DNA of 28,841 bases from Campylobacterota bacterium (GTDB lineage Bacteria; Campylobacterota; Campylobacteria; Campylobacterales; Sulfurovaceae): contig JAYEOM010000137.1 of NCBI GenBank assembly GCA_034722955.1, positions 1 to 28,841 of the forward strand. The letters are read 5' to 3'. Below are positions 9,341-18,464 of this stretch, in pieces. A program made the translations under genes and the position numbers. Each line of letters opens with the position of its first letter. Position 1 is the stretch's first letter. Under the pieces are notes generated by a model. That model did not search any database. It had not been told where the DNA came from and saw only the letters and a list, made by a program, of their open reading frames with translations.

Positions 9341-9490
9341 CTACTCATCTTCCTTCTCATACTCATCCAACATATCCATCCTCTCTCCTCTATCGTTAAA
9401 CTTACTACGATAGTAGTTTCTGATAATAGCAAATGTCATGATAGAAAAAAGTATCATAGCTATAATATAAAGTATATCTCCTATAGTCAC
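9341..9490 (-). CDS. 49-aa single-pass membrane protein (MTIGDILYIIAMILFSIMTFAIIRNYYRSKFNDRGERMDMLDEYEKEDE)
   Basis: Below the ORF-track cutoff. GTG start at 9490 with AGGAG RBS directly after the trmL stop, TAG at 9341-9343. Hydrophobic N-terminus followed by a charged tail. Confidence 0.75.
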   Translation of the reverse strand: MTIGDILYIIAMILFSIMTFAIIRNYYRSKFNDRGERMDMLDEYEKEDE

Positions 9491-9500
9491 TATCTCTCCT

Positions 9501-9995
9501 TTAGTTTAGGGTAGCCTTATTGGCTATCGTGATCTTCTCAAATCCATCATAGTTTTGACGAAGTGCCTCATAGGTCACTATACCGACACTGACACCAAGG
9601 TTGAGACTTCTTCCGGCACCACCCATAGGGATAGTGATACATCTAGATGGATTTTCTAGCAGTACTCTCTCATCTATCCCTTTGGTCTCAGAACCAAATA
9701 GAATATAGTCATCTTTTTCAAACAGGGTATCAAAATAGAGTCTATCTGTTTTGGTAGTCGCTAAATGTGTATGCTCATCTATGGGGTGTTGATCCAAAAA
9801 TTCTTCAAAGTTATCCCATACAATGAGCTTGAGCTTATCCCAATAGTCCAATCCTGCTCTCTTGACTGCTTTGTCATCTATATCAAATCCTAGAGGTTTG
9901 ATGAGATGCAGAGTCGCATCAAGATTGACACAGAGGCGACCAATTGTGCCTGTATTGGGTGGGATTTGTGGATTTACAAGTACTATATTGAACAT
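9501..9995 (-). CDS. trmL: tRNA (cytidine/uridine(34)-2'-O)-methyltransferase
   Basis: IVLVNPQIPPNTGTIGR, KRAGLDYW, FGSETKG and RSLNL SPOUT motifs. Confidence 0.95.
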   Translation of the reverse strand: MFNIVLVNPQIPPNTGTIGRLCVNLDATLHLIKPLGFDIDDKAVKRAGLDYWDKLKLIVWDNFEEFLDQHPIDEHTHLATTKTDRLYFDTLFEKDDYILFGSETKGIDERVLLENPSRCITIPMGGAGRSLNLGVSVGIVTYEALRQNYDGFEKITIANKATLN

Positions 9996-10002
9996 AATCG
10001 AC

Positions 10003-10839
10003 CTAAAATACTATCGTTTTATTGCCATTGACAAAAACACGGTCATTTAGTACAAGAGAGAGTGCTCTAGCCAAAACTATCTTCTCCACATCCTGCCCTG
10101 CTCTCTGCATATCCCTCCACTCTAGGCGGTGGTTGACAGGTATGACATCTTGTGATATGATCGGACCCTCGTCTAGGTCTGTTGTAACATAGTGTGCTGT
10201 AGCCCCTATGATCTTGACACCTCTGGCATGAGCCTGCTTGTATGGATTGGCTCCGATAAATGCCGGTAGAAAAGAGTGGTGTATATTGATGATCTGTTCA
10301 GGATATTGATGGACAAAATCTGCACTTAGAATCCTCATATATTTAGCCAAAACTATATAATCAAACTCTAACCCTCTAAGCACATCAAGTATATCCTCTT
10401 CATGCTCTTCTCTCTCCAGATCATCAGATGGTATATAGATAAAAGGTATATCAAAACGACGAGTCAAATCTCTGAGATTATCACGGTTGGAGATCACTGC
10501 TTCGATATCTGCTTCAAGTTCACCAGCTACCCAACGAATCAAAATATCACCTAGACAGTGTGACTCCTTTGTTGCCATCAAAACTATTTTTTTTGGTTGT
10601 GGCTCAATCACTCTGATATGTGCATCGTCCGGAGCTATCGATAGAAGCTCTTGATATAGTTCATCTGCATCAAACAGACCACTCACAACACTACGCATAA
10701 AAAACTTATCTCTCTCTTTATCCACAAACTCACGGTTATTGTCTATATTTAGACCACGATCATAAAAGACCTTGCTAAAATGATAAACCAAACCCATAGC
10801 ATCTCTACAATCGATCAATACACGCGCTCTTTTTACCAT
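10003..10839 (-). CDS. purU: Formyltetrahydrofolate deformylase
   Basis: N-terminal ACT domain, KESHCLGD, LAKYMRIL, INIHHSFLPAFIGANPY, GATAHYVT. Confidence 0.96.
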   Translation of the reverse strand: MVKRARVLIDCRDAMGLVYHFSKVFYDRGLNIDNNREFVDKERDKFFMRSVVSGLFDADELYQELLSIAPDDAHIRVIEPQPKKIVLMATKESHCLGDILIRWVAGELEADIEAVISNRDNLRDLTRRFDIPFIYIPSDDLEREEHEEDILDVLRGLEFDYIVLAKYMRILSADFVHQYPEQIINIHHSFLPAFIGANPYKQAHARGVKIIGATAHYVTTDLDEGPIISQDVIPVNHRLEWRDMQRAGQDVEKIVLARALSLVLNDRVFVNGNKTIVF

Positions 10840-10866
10840 TGATTATCCAACTTTGCTTTTTTTGAC

Positions 10867-10875
10867 ATTATACCA
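10867..10875 (-). promoter_or_regulatory. Extended -10 promoter (TGGTATAAT) for purU-trmL
   Basis: Perfect TGnTATAAT on the minus strand about 27 nt upstream of the purU ATG. Confidence 0.65.
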
Positions 10876-10892
10876 AATACCGATTTAAGTCT

Positions 10893-11150
10893 CTATTTAG
10901 CTCTCTCTTCTGCTCTTTGTGACATACCGCTCTGGAGAGGTTTTTTTGGGGTTTGAGCTGCAGGTTTAGTTGATAAAAATCCACCCGGAGGTCCCTCTGG
11001 TCCCCCAGTGTTATCAGCCATAGCACTTATAGGTTTCGATAACTGTCCCAGTGTCATCAATACTGGTGCAGAGTAGGCTAGTTTTTTGATGAAAATACGC
11101 CGTGAGAGGGTAGGATCCACTCTGCTATGCTTATTGTTACTATTTTTCAT
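10893..11150 (-). CDS. 85-aa peptide with twin-arginine signal and lasso-leader-like motif
   Basis: SRRIFIKK, YSAPVLMTLG, AMA|D putative cleavage site and a Gly/Pro-rich tail. AGGA RBS; overlaps the upstream gene by 11 nt. Confidence 0.8.
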   Translation of the reverse strand: MKNSNNKHSRVDPTLSRRIFIKKLAYSAPVLMTLGQLSKPISAMADNTGGPEGPPGGFLSTKPAAQTPKKPLQSGMSQRAEERAK

Positions 11151-12381
11151 TACTATAGTCCTGCTCTATCATAGGTGGTCTGCTTAGGTCAAATAACCCT
11201 GCACTCTTTGACTTCATTATCTTTGCATCTTTCTGAAGTGCTCTTGCCTGAAGCGTAGACAATCTGCTCACTGTTTCTGATACGGTTACCTGAGTTGTCT
11301 GAACTACCCACTCAAAGTCACGCTCTTTTTGACCACTCATATTGAAAGTATAAATCTGCACCTTACCGTTAACTAGAGCAGGAATCTCTACTCCATTGCT
11401 GGAGTCTACCAACTTCATCTGCTTTATAAGTGGGTTGGTTGTGGATTGATATTCACTATATCGTGTGCGATTCTGCTGATCTACATATGGACTCAAGAGA
11501 TATATCCCACGCCAAGTTAAAAGAATAGTGGCACTACTATCATCTGTCTTTACCGTAAATCTCCAACGATCTTCCGATCTTGGACTGTAAGAGTGGAAAT
11601 TTACTTTATAGTTCCCAGCCGCAACTCCATCGGGATTGACAAAAATGATATCTATATAACTTCCGCCAAAGGGATCGAGTGCTTTGAGTGTATATCTGCT
11701 AACGACATCATCTCCCTCCAGCTCTCCCAACTGTGTACTCTCTGTTTTCATTCCTCTAGCAGGGTTCTCTGCAATAAGTCTGATATACCAGTTTGATGGC
11801 TTAGGCTCTGGTGTTGGGGAGTATGGTCTATCTGAGGGCTCAGAAGGATCTGGTCCCAATCCATACTTGAAGAGTGCCTCAGCTACACTATAAGGATCTG
11901 CTGTGATACCACTCATGATATCCCTAGCATCATCTATGTCATTCATGCCTGCGTTGGCAAAAGCCAAACCTACTATGGTTTTATTATCCAAGATAACTGC
12001 ATCATCTCCCAATGCACCATTGATAACTGCCAAGATAAATATATCCCTAGAGATTGAGCCAGAGTCAAGCTCTGTCAACCAATATGCGACTCCAGCCTTA
12101 TCGCCTGAACGGTTAAATAGATTTCGGTATACCGCCTCTATGAACCTCTCATTACTATAATCTTCCGGATATAGTGCCTTAGTCTCCTTCTGGTCGAAAA
12201 AGCTCTGAGCGATCTCCTCTAGTGTAAGCTTGGAGTCATTGAGCCAATACTCTAGACCATCTGCATCAGGTGCACGATCAAAAGTAGCGATATATAGTTT
12301 GACGACACTCTCTCTCTCGGGAGTTGTTGCATATAGAGAGAGAGTAAAAAATAGTATCAATATCATAAGTTTTTTTAACAT
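11140..12381 (-). CDS. Exported DUF4214 (S-layer anchor-like) domain protein with Pro-rich linker and uncharacterised C-terminal domain
   Basis: Sec signal (..SLYA|T). VVKLYIATFDRAPDADGLEYW...FIEAVYRNLFNR..D.AGVAYW is typical of DUF4214/RsaA N-terminus. PDPSEPSDRPYSPTPEPKP linker. AAGGAG RBS. Confidence 0.8.
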   Translation of the reverse strand: MLKKLMILILFFTLSLYATTPERESVVKLYIATFDRAPDADGLEYWLNDSKLTLEEIAQSFFDQKETKALYPEDYSNERFIEAVYRNLFNRSGDKAGVAYWLTELDSGSISRDIFILAVINGALGDDAVILDNKTIVGLAFANAGMNDIDDARDIMSGITADPYSVAEALFKYGLGPDPSEPSDRPYSPTPEPKPSNWYIRLIAENPARGMKTESTQLGELEGDDVVSRYTLKALDPFGGSYIDIIFVNPDGVAAGNYKVNFHSYSPRSEDRWRFTVKTDDSSATILLTWRGIYLLSPYVDQQNRTRYSEYQSTTNPLIKQMKLVDSSNGVEIPALVNGKVQIYTFNMSGQKERDFEWVVQTTQVTVSETVSRLSTLQARALQKDAKIMKSKSAGLFDLSRPPMIEQDYSNEK

Positions 12382-12391
12382 CTTAACTCCT

Positions 12392-14284
12392 TTACTCTTG
12401 AGGTATCAACAGTTTGACTGTTCTGTTTTTTGTAGGACCATGTAGTTCGACCCAAAATCCTTTGAAGGGTACCAGCTTGCACTCACCCGGAGTAACATCA
12501 TCACAGGTGATATAGGAGTTACTCTTGTCTGTTCCTGTACCGTTGTAGAGCCATATCTGTTTGCTGGCATACCCTGCTGCATCAGCAGCACTGGGAGTGT
12601 AAGCTACTCCATCTATGAGAAATCTGCAATCAGACCAGTTGACAGGCACCCTCACCCCTATAAAGCCACTCATATTATAACGATATGGTCCTGTACCATC
12701 ATCAAAATCATTTGTAACAGATCTCAAATCTATCTCAACACAAGCATCAGCAGTACAGGCACCGCTTGTCGAATCATAATCAACAGTCGATGCACCACTT
12801 ACATACCACTCGCTATAGAGTTTGCTTCCTAGCCAATAGCCCTGTCCAAACTCAAGAGGATCACTTAATCCCAGTGATAGATAACTGCTGCTGTTGTCAG
12901 TAGAGCTATATGTTCGCTTATAGACTACCCAGTCTGTACCGATACTCCCACTCATATCATCACCAAATATATCATCAACTGTCAACGGCGTAGTCCGACT
13001 ATCTGCCGGGATGCCTACTAGATCCCAACTATCTGCAGTGATAGATGATCCGTCACACGCTCTGCACTCTCTTGAGGTTCCATCATAGTTGAGACCACTA
13101 TTTTCATTGTTATAGATAGTACTTATTTCACTTGAACTCAAAGCACGATGCCAAATCTTTACCTCATCTATATTTCCCTCCCATCGATCATCTATAGAGC
13201 TTCCTGCGATATCATCTCCTATTGAGACAGCGAGTGCTCCAGGTGAATAGCTACTCTGTGCTTGGATATCGACAAGTACTCCATTTTTGTAGATACGAAT
13301 TGTATTTCCATTATAAGTTCCTACGATATGAGTCCATGTACGACTTGAGAGTGATGCTCTTGCATAAGTACCAAAATGTCCAACAAAAAAATCGATATTT
13401 GATTTTGACTTCTCTTTGTGCACAAGTCCCCATCCATCACTCCAGCTATCATCACTAGATTTAATAACTGCTGCCATCCACTTGTTGCTATTGTGTCGAT
13501 AGAGCCATGCAGAGACACTAAATGGCTCACCGCTTCCTATATCAACTTCTGCTGCTGTACTGTTGGGATAGTAGACAGCATCACTCTTGTTGGGATCACT
13601 ATAAGTGTTTACAAAGTTACCTGCACGACAAATCTTATATATGGATGGTATATTGTTAGCTTTATTGCGAGATTGTGCATCTAGACCATTGCCTGAGCTA
13701 TCTTTGACATCATCTGTCATACCATTGGCACCACCCAGCCAATAACACTCATCCATCCGAAAGTCAACTTGCAAATCACTCCCTATAGGTGGTGGAGGTG
13801 AGCCATAGATATGCAGTATAGCATAGTTAAAATTCCCTTTATCTTTAGCAGTATCATCACAAATTTCAAGTCTCCAAGAACCATATCCATCTTCAGTGTC
13901 AAATAGACTTAGTGGTGATTCCGGTCTACGCTCTACCATAGCTGTATGAGCACTCGTATCATCCACTATAGATATAGCTGCAGAGTCATTGAACTCTACA
14001 TATAGATTATCTGCACTTCCGCCATTGTCACTAGTCAAATCAACAGAGGCACCCTCTGGAGAGTAGAGAGTAACATCTAAGTCAGCTCTATATGGATGAG
14101 TGATATTTACCTCTATTATAATATCTGTCACGATACTCGATGATGTCATCTCAAATATCTTATCAATACACTTCTTATCTTTTATTTCTTCAGAATCATC
14201 ATTTAATATTGTTGTTACACCTGCAACTATCTGTAGAGTAAAAATATAGATTATGAAACCTATGCCAATGATAAATCTACCCAT
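12392..14284 (-). CDS. Exported protein: proprotein-convertase P-domain + LamG-like jellyroll + uncharacterised Cys/Trp-containing C-terminal domain
   Basis: Signal peptide; ITHPYRADLDVTLYSPEG...GSWRLEICD (P-domain); FSVSAW...WTHIVGTYNG..IRIYKNG...GNIDEVKIWHRALS (LamG_3). AAGGAG RBS. Confidence 0.8.
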   Translation of the reverse strand: MGRFIIGIGFIIYIFTLQIVAGVTTILNDDSEEIKDKKCIDKIFEMTSSSIVTDIIIEVNITHPYRADLDVTLYSPEGASVDLTSDNGGSADNLYVEFNDSAAISIVDDTSAHTAMVERRPESPLSLFDTEDGYGSWRLEICDDTAKDKGNFNYAILHIYGSPPPPIGSDLQVDFRMDECYWLGGANGMTDDVKDSSGNGLDAQSRNKANNIPSIYKICRAGNFVNTYSDPNKSDAVYYPNSTAAEVDIGSGEPFSVSAWLYRHNSNKWMAAVIKSSDDSWSDGWGLVHKEKSKSNIDFFVGHFGTYARASLSSRTWTHIVGTYNGNTIRIYKNGVLVDIQAQSSYSPGALAVSIGDDIAGSSIDDRWEGNIDEVKIWHRALSSSEISTIYNNENSGLNYDGTSRECRACDGSSITADSWDLVGIPADSRTTPLTVDDIFGDDMSGSIGTDWVVYKRTYSSTDNSSSYLSLGLSDPLEFGQGYWLGSKLYSEWYVSGASTVDYDSTSGACTADACVEIDLRSVTNDFDDGTGPYRYNMSGFIGVRVPVNWSDCRFLIDGVAYTPSAADAAGYASKQIWLYNGTGTDKSNSYITCDDVTPGECKLVPFKGFWVELHGPTKNRTVKLLIPQE

Positions 14285-14382
14285 TCTCTTCTCCTTTCTA
14301 CTTCTAATAAATCAACTCCTATACATTATGCTACACAAAATATACTTAAAATAAATTAAATCCTCTATTGAAAAAAATTTTA

Positions 14383-14391
14383 TGTTATAAT
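14383..14391 (+). promoter_or_regulatory. Extended -10 promoter (TGTTATAAT) for wzc
   Basis: Perfect TGnTATAAT about 37 nt upstream of the wzc ATG; GAGG RBS. Confidence 0.6.
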
Positions 14392-14428
14392 AATGTTATT
14401 TAAATTAATTTTATATATGAGGTTGTAG

Positions 14429-16681
14429 ATGAACGGGACTAAAGACAACAGCAGTGAGATGGACTTCAAAGAGATCATCTCTGTCCTATCAAAATATAAA
14501 GCAATGATCATCTCTATAGCTATTTTATTTATCATTTTATCTGCTATTTTTGCCTATCTAAGACCAAGTATTTACCAATCAAGCACCCTGCTGAAAATTG
14601 ACCCTAGAGGCAGCAACTATCAGCAATATGATCTTATGTCAGTCTCCATGGGGTATGGTGGCAATATTTTGGATGATGAGATTGTTATTTTGCAGACCAA
14701 AGAGACTGCCAATAGAGCACTCAAATACCTTGATCTAGGAACTAGATACTTTGTCAATAAAAACTTCAAAACTTATGAACTATACAAGGATTCCCCTTTT
14801 GTGGTCACCTACGAGAGGATGGATCCTATGCTTGAGGGGAGACTTTTTGAGTTATCTCCTTTAGATGATGAGAGATTTAGACTTAAAATTAAACTGCCCA
14901 ATAGAGAGTATGATCAGATACACTACTACTCAAAAGAGATAGAGACTCCTAGATTTACACTAAATATAGAAAAAATCTATCCTTTGAGCGACAGAGAGTA
15001 TACCTTCTCCATAGAGCCAAACGAGACAATGGGTGGTATGATCTTAAGTGGTTTGTCAGCCTCTGCTTATACAAAATCAGGAAATATCATACAGCTAAAT
15101 TTTAGAGATCAAGTTCCACTGCGTGCCAAAGATATACTCGATGCTATCGCTAAAGCATATGTCGATAGTCGCCTTGAACTCAAATCTGAGGGGGCTAAAA
15201 GAAAGCTATATTTTATAGATTTACAACTCAAAAAAATCAACAAAACTCTACAAGGCTCTTCTGATAAACTGCAAGATTACAAAGTGACCAATACAGTAGT
15301 AAACTTAGACAATAAAGTACTATTGACAAGTACCAAGATCAGTGCACTAGAGAGTAGAATGTATGAGATCGATATGCATGGTGACCTCCTGAATAACATC
15401 CTTATGCATATCAAAAGCAACAGAGATATAAAGGGTATCAATATGGGTTCTATGCAAAACTTGAGCCCTGTTATAACAGGGCTTGTCAATCAAATCCAAA
15501 CAGCTACATCACAACTCGATACTCTCTCTGTCAACTATACCAAAGCTCATCCTGATGCAATAAAGATAAGAAAACGCTTAACATCACTCAAGAGCTCTCT
15601 AGAGGATGCTATCAACAACTCTATACGCATCCTTGAGAAGCGTAAACTGCTACTTGGTGAAGTGATAGCAGAGCAGGAAGAGAGACTCAAAAGCCTGCCC
15701 GAACAGGAGCAGGAGCTAGAGAAGCTAACACGCAACTTTATCGTAAATGAGAAGATATACTCTATGCTTCTTGAGGAGAGAGCAGAGACCTCTATCATAG
15801 AGTCATCAGCTGTCTCTGACACTAGAGTTATAAATAGTGCTTATATACCAAGCATCGCCTCAACACCAAAAAGAAAACTGATAGTAGCCATAGGATTTGT
15901 ACTAGGATTGATATTGGGTATTGCATTGGCTTTCTTGAGGTACATTCTGGATACAACTATCACTACTATAGAGGATATAGAGAGTCTCACAACTATCCCA
16001 ATCTATGGTGCCATTCCGCATATAAACTCCAAACAGAGTGTCGCCAACTATAAAGAGTCGATGCGTGCTATATGGATAAATTTAGAATTTTCAAATATAA
16101 ATAAGGGTTCTATGCTGTTAACATTTACCTCCTCTGTTGCCGGAGAGGGTAAAAGCATGGCTATTTCACAGCTAGGTAAGACTATCTCTAGGAGTCACAA
16201 ATCTGCTATTATTATCGACCTAGATATGAGAAAAGCAACACTGCACAAGGTATTTGGACTATCCAATGATATCGGAGCTAGCACACTGCTCTCTGGACAA
16301 GATAGTCTCAATGATGTAGTACAAGATAGTTTATATGATCAACTCCAAGTCATTACCAGTGGACCAAAACCACCTAACCCTACAGAGCTAATCATGGCAG
16401 GCAAACTTGATCTCATCATCAAAGAGCTCAAAAAGGAGTATGACTATATACTCTTGGACTCCCCTCCTGTAGGGCTTGTAGCTGATGCCTTAAAGATTAT
16501 GCATATGTCAGATATCACAATATTTATGATAAAGTCCAACTTCTCAAAAAAAGAGTTCATTAAAAATATCAACAGTTTTATAGAACATGAAGATATAAAT
16601 ATAGGTATTATTGTCAATGATCTAGAGGAAAATAGGTATTATGGGTATGGGTACGGATATGGAGGGTATGGAGATTATTGA
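14429..16681 (+). CDS. wzc: Polysaccharide co-polymerase / BY tyrosine autokinase (Wzc/GumC family)
   Basis: Wzz-type N-terminus with TM, coiled periplasmic region, second TM, Walker A SSVAGEGKS, A' IIIDLDMRK, Walker B ILLDSPP, C-terminal Tyr cluster RYYGYGYGYGGYGDY. Confidence 0.93.
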   Translation: MNGTKDNSSEMDFKEIISVLSKYKAMIISIAILFIILSAIFAYLRPSIYQSSTLLKIDPRGSNYQQYDLMSVSMGYGGNILDDEIVILQTKETANRALKYLDLGTRYFVNKNFKTYELYKDSPFVVTYERMDPMLEGRLFELSPLDDERFRLKIKLPNREYDQIHYYSKEIETPRFTLNIEKIYPLSDREYTFSIEPNETMGGMILSGLSASAYTKSGNIIQLNFRDQVPLRAKDILDAIAKAYVDSRLELKSEGAKRKLYFIDLQLKKINKTLQGSSDKLQDYKVTNTVVNLDNKVLLTSTKISALESRMYEIDMHGDLLNNILMHIKSNRDIKGINMGSMQNLSPVITGLVNQIQTATSQLDTLSVNYTKAHPDAIKIRKRLTSLKSSLEDAINNSIRILEKRKLLLGEVIAEQEERLKSLPEQEQELEKLTRNFIVNEKIYSMLLEERAETSIIESSAVSDTRVINSAYIPSIASTPKRKLIVAIGFVLGLILGIALAFLRYILDTTITTIEDIESLTTIPIYGAIPHINSKQSVANYKESMRAIWINLEFSNINKGSMLLTFTSSVAGEGKSMAISQLGKTISRSHKSAIIIDLDMRKATLHKVFGLSNDIGASTLLSGQDSLNDVVQDSLYDQLQVITSGPKPPNPTELIMAGKLDLIIKELKKEYDYILLDSPPVGLVADALKIMHMSDITIFMIKSNFSKKEFIKNINSFIEHEDINIGIIVNDLEENRYYGYGYGYGGYGDY

Positions 16682-16702
16682 CAGATCTATCATACTGTTT
16701 TC

Positions 16703-16716
16703 GGGACTTTAGTCCC
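16703..16716. terminator. GC-rich hairpin between convergent wzc and leuB
   Basis: GGGAC-TTTA-GTCCC palindrome in the 53-bp gap. No clean adjacent U-tract on either strand. Confidence 0.35.
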
Positions 16717-16734
16717 TGCTCCAAAAAAGATATT

Positions 16735-17805
16735 TTATTTTGAAGCGTAGTCAGCTATGATATCGCCCATCTCTGAACAAGTCACTATCTCTTTAGCATC
16801 ATAGTCACCTATATCAGCTGTACGATAGCCATCACGAAGTGCTTTTTTGATAGCATCATCAACTTTGTCTGCAGCATCACACTCACCAAGAGCATATCTA
16901 AGCATCATACTTGCACTTGAGATGGTAGCTAGTGGGTTGGCTATACCTTGACCTGCAATATCAGGTGCAGAGCCATGTATAGGCTCAAAAAGACCTACAC
17001 CTCTACCTGTACTAGCACTAGGGAGCAGACCTATAGATCCACTAAGCATACTGGCCGCATCTGAGAGTATATCACCAAAGATGTTACCAGTCAAAATCAC
17101 ACCAAACTGCCTGGGATCACGGATGAGTTGCATCGCAGCATTGTCTACATACATATGAGAGAGTTCAACTTCAGGATACTCAAGAGCCATCTTCTCTACT
17201 GTTTCACGCCAAAACTGACTCACTTCAAGTACATTTGCTTTATCTACAGAACAGATCCTCTTCTCCCTTTTCATAGCTATATCAAATGCTACTTTAGCGA
17301 TGCGCTCTACCTCTTCTCTGGTATAAACCATAGTATTATAAGCTCTATCCTCTAGCATCTCTCTTGGTTGACCAAAGTATATACCACCTGTAAGTTCACG
17401 AACCACCATGATATCAACACCCTCGATCACTGATGCTTTAAGTGATGATGCATTGACAAGTTCATCATAAACAGTAGCAGGACGGAGATTGGCAAAAGTA
17501 CCCATCTCTTTACGCAAACCAAGCAGTCCACTCTCTGGTCTCAAGTGTCTCTCTAGATTATCCCATTTTGGTCCGCCGATAGCACCAAATAGTACTGAAT
17601 CACACTTTTTTACCCCTTGGATAGTCTCATCAGGAAGCGGGACACCAGTCTCATCTATAGCAGAACCACCCAAAAGAAACTCTGTATATTTCAGATTAAA
17701 GCCTTGAGCTACAGAGATGGCATCCAAAACCTTAATCGCCTCATCCACAATCTCTGGACCAATACCATCACCTTTGATGACACCGATTTTATAACTTTTA
17801 CTCAT
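16735..17805 (-). CDS. leuB: 3-isopropylmalate dehydrogenase
   Basis: [45 protein letters not shown]. Confidence 0.97.
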   Translation of the reverse strand: MSKSYKIGVIKGDGIGPEIVDEAIKVLDAISVAQGFNLKYTEFLLGGSAIDETGVPLPDETIQGVKKCDSVLFGAIGGPKWDNLERHLRPESGLLGLRKEMGTFANLRPATVYDELVNASSLKASVIEGVDIMVVRELTGGIYFGQPREMLEDRAYNTMVYTREEVERIAKVAFDIAMKREKRICSVDKANVLEVSQFWRETVEKMALEYPEVELSHMYVDNAAMQLIRDPRQFGVILTGNIFGDILSDAASMLSGSIGLLPSASTGRGVGLFEPIHGSAPDIAGQGIANPLATISSASMMLRYALGECDAADKVDDAIKKALRDGYRTADIGDYDAKEIVTCSEMGDIIADYASK

Positions 17806-17808
17806 GAA

Positions 17809-18309
17809 TTATCCTTTACTTTTTTGACTTGCGATCTCATTTTTGGCAAACTCTATGAGTCCACCTGCATCGACTAACTCTTGCATAAATTCAGGAATCG
17901 GAGCAAACTGATAAGTTTCTGCTTGTGTGATGTTGATAATCACACCTGCATCCATATCCACTTTGACAACATCACCCTCATCTATCTTGGCCGACTCTTC
18001 CAATTCAAAGATAGGAAGTCCCATATTAAATGCATTACGATAAAAAATTCTCGCAAATGTCGGTGCAATGACAGCATTGACACCTGCAGCTTTGAGTGCA
18101 ATAGGGGCGTGTTCACGACTGCTGCCACAGCCGAAGTTTTCACCGGCTACGATGATATCTCCTACCTGCATCTTCTCTACAAATGAAGGATCTGCATCCT
18201 CCATCACATGTTTTGCCAACTCTTCTGCATCACTAGTATTGAGATATCTTGCTGCGATGATCAAATCTGTATCGATATTGTCACCAAATTTCCAAACATT
18301 ACCTTGCAA
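17809..18309 (-). CDS. leuD: 3-isopropylmalate dehydratase small subunit (short LeuD/HacB type)
   Basis: WKFGDNIDTD, NFGCGSSREHA, FARIFYRNA. TTG start with AAGGA RBS; adjacent to leuB. Confidence 0.93.
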   Translation of the reverse strand: MQGNVWKFGDNIDTDLIIAARYLNTSDAEELAKHVMEDADPSFVEKMQVGDIIVAGENFGCGSSREHAPIALKAAGVNAVIAPTFARIFYRNAFNMGLPIFELEESAKIDEGDVVKVDMDAGVIINITQAETYQFAPIPEFMQELVDAGGLIEFAKNEIASQKSKG

Positions 18310-18464
18310 ATCAATTCCTTTTTTAATGGTAAAACGATCATTACCACAAAGTTAATTTTTCGCATTTTAGCTAAAAAGTTGAAAATAAACAAATTTTACT
18401 GCTATTTTACAACAAAAAGAGAAAGTATTTCGGTATAATCCTTTTCTAATATTTACTTGCAATT

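Noticed and set aside
10893..11150. Calling the 85-aa peptide a bona fide lasso peptide gene cluster
   Set aside because: No lasso cyclase, peptidase or RRE gene in the window, and the conserved Thr(-2) spacing is absent. Kept only as a motif-level hypothesis.
16630..16681. Repetitive TATGGG/TATGGA DNA
   Set aside because: Simply encodes the Wzc YG tyrosine cluster.
16735..18309. Short-type leuD and leuB without leuC
   Set aside because: From recall, a dispersed leu pathway with the short LeuD type is common in free-living campylobacterotes; not evidence of novelty.
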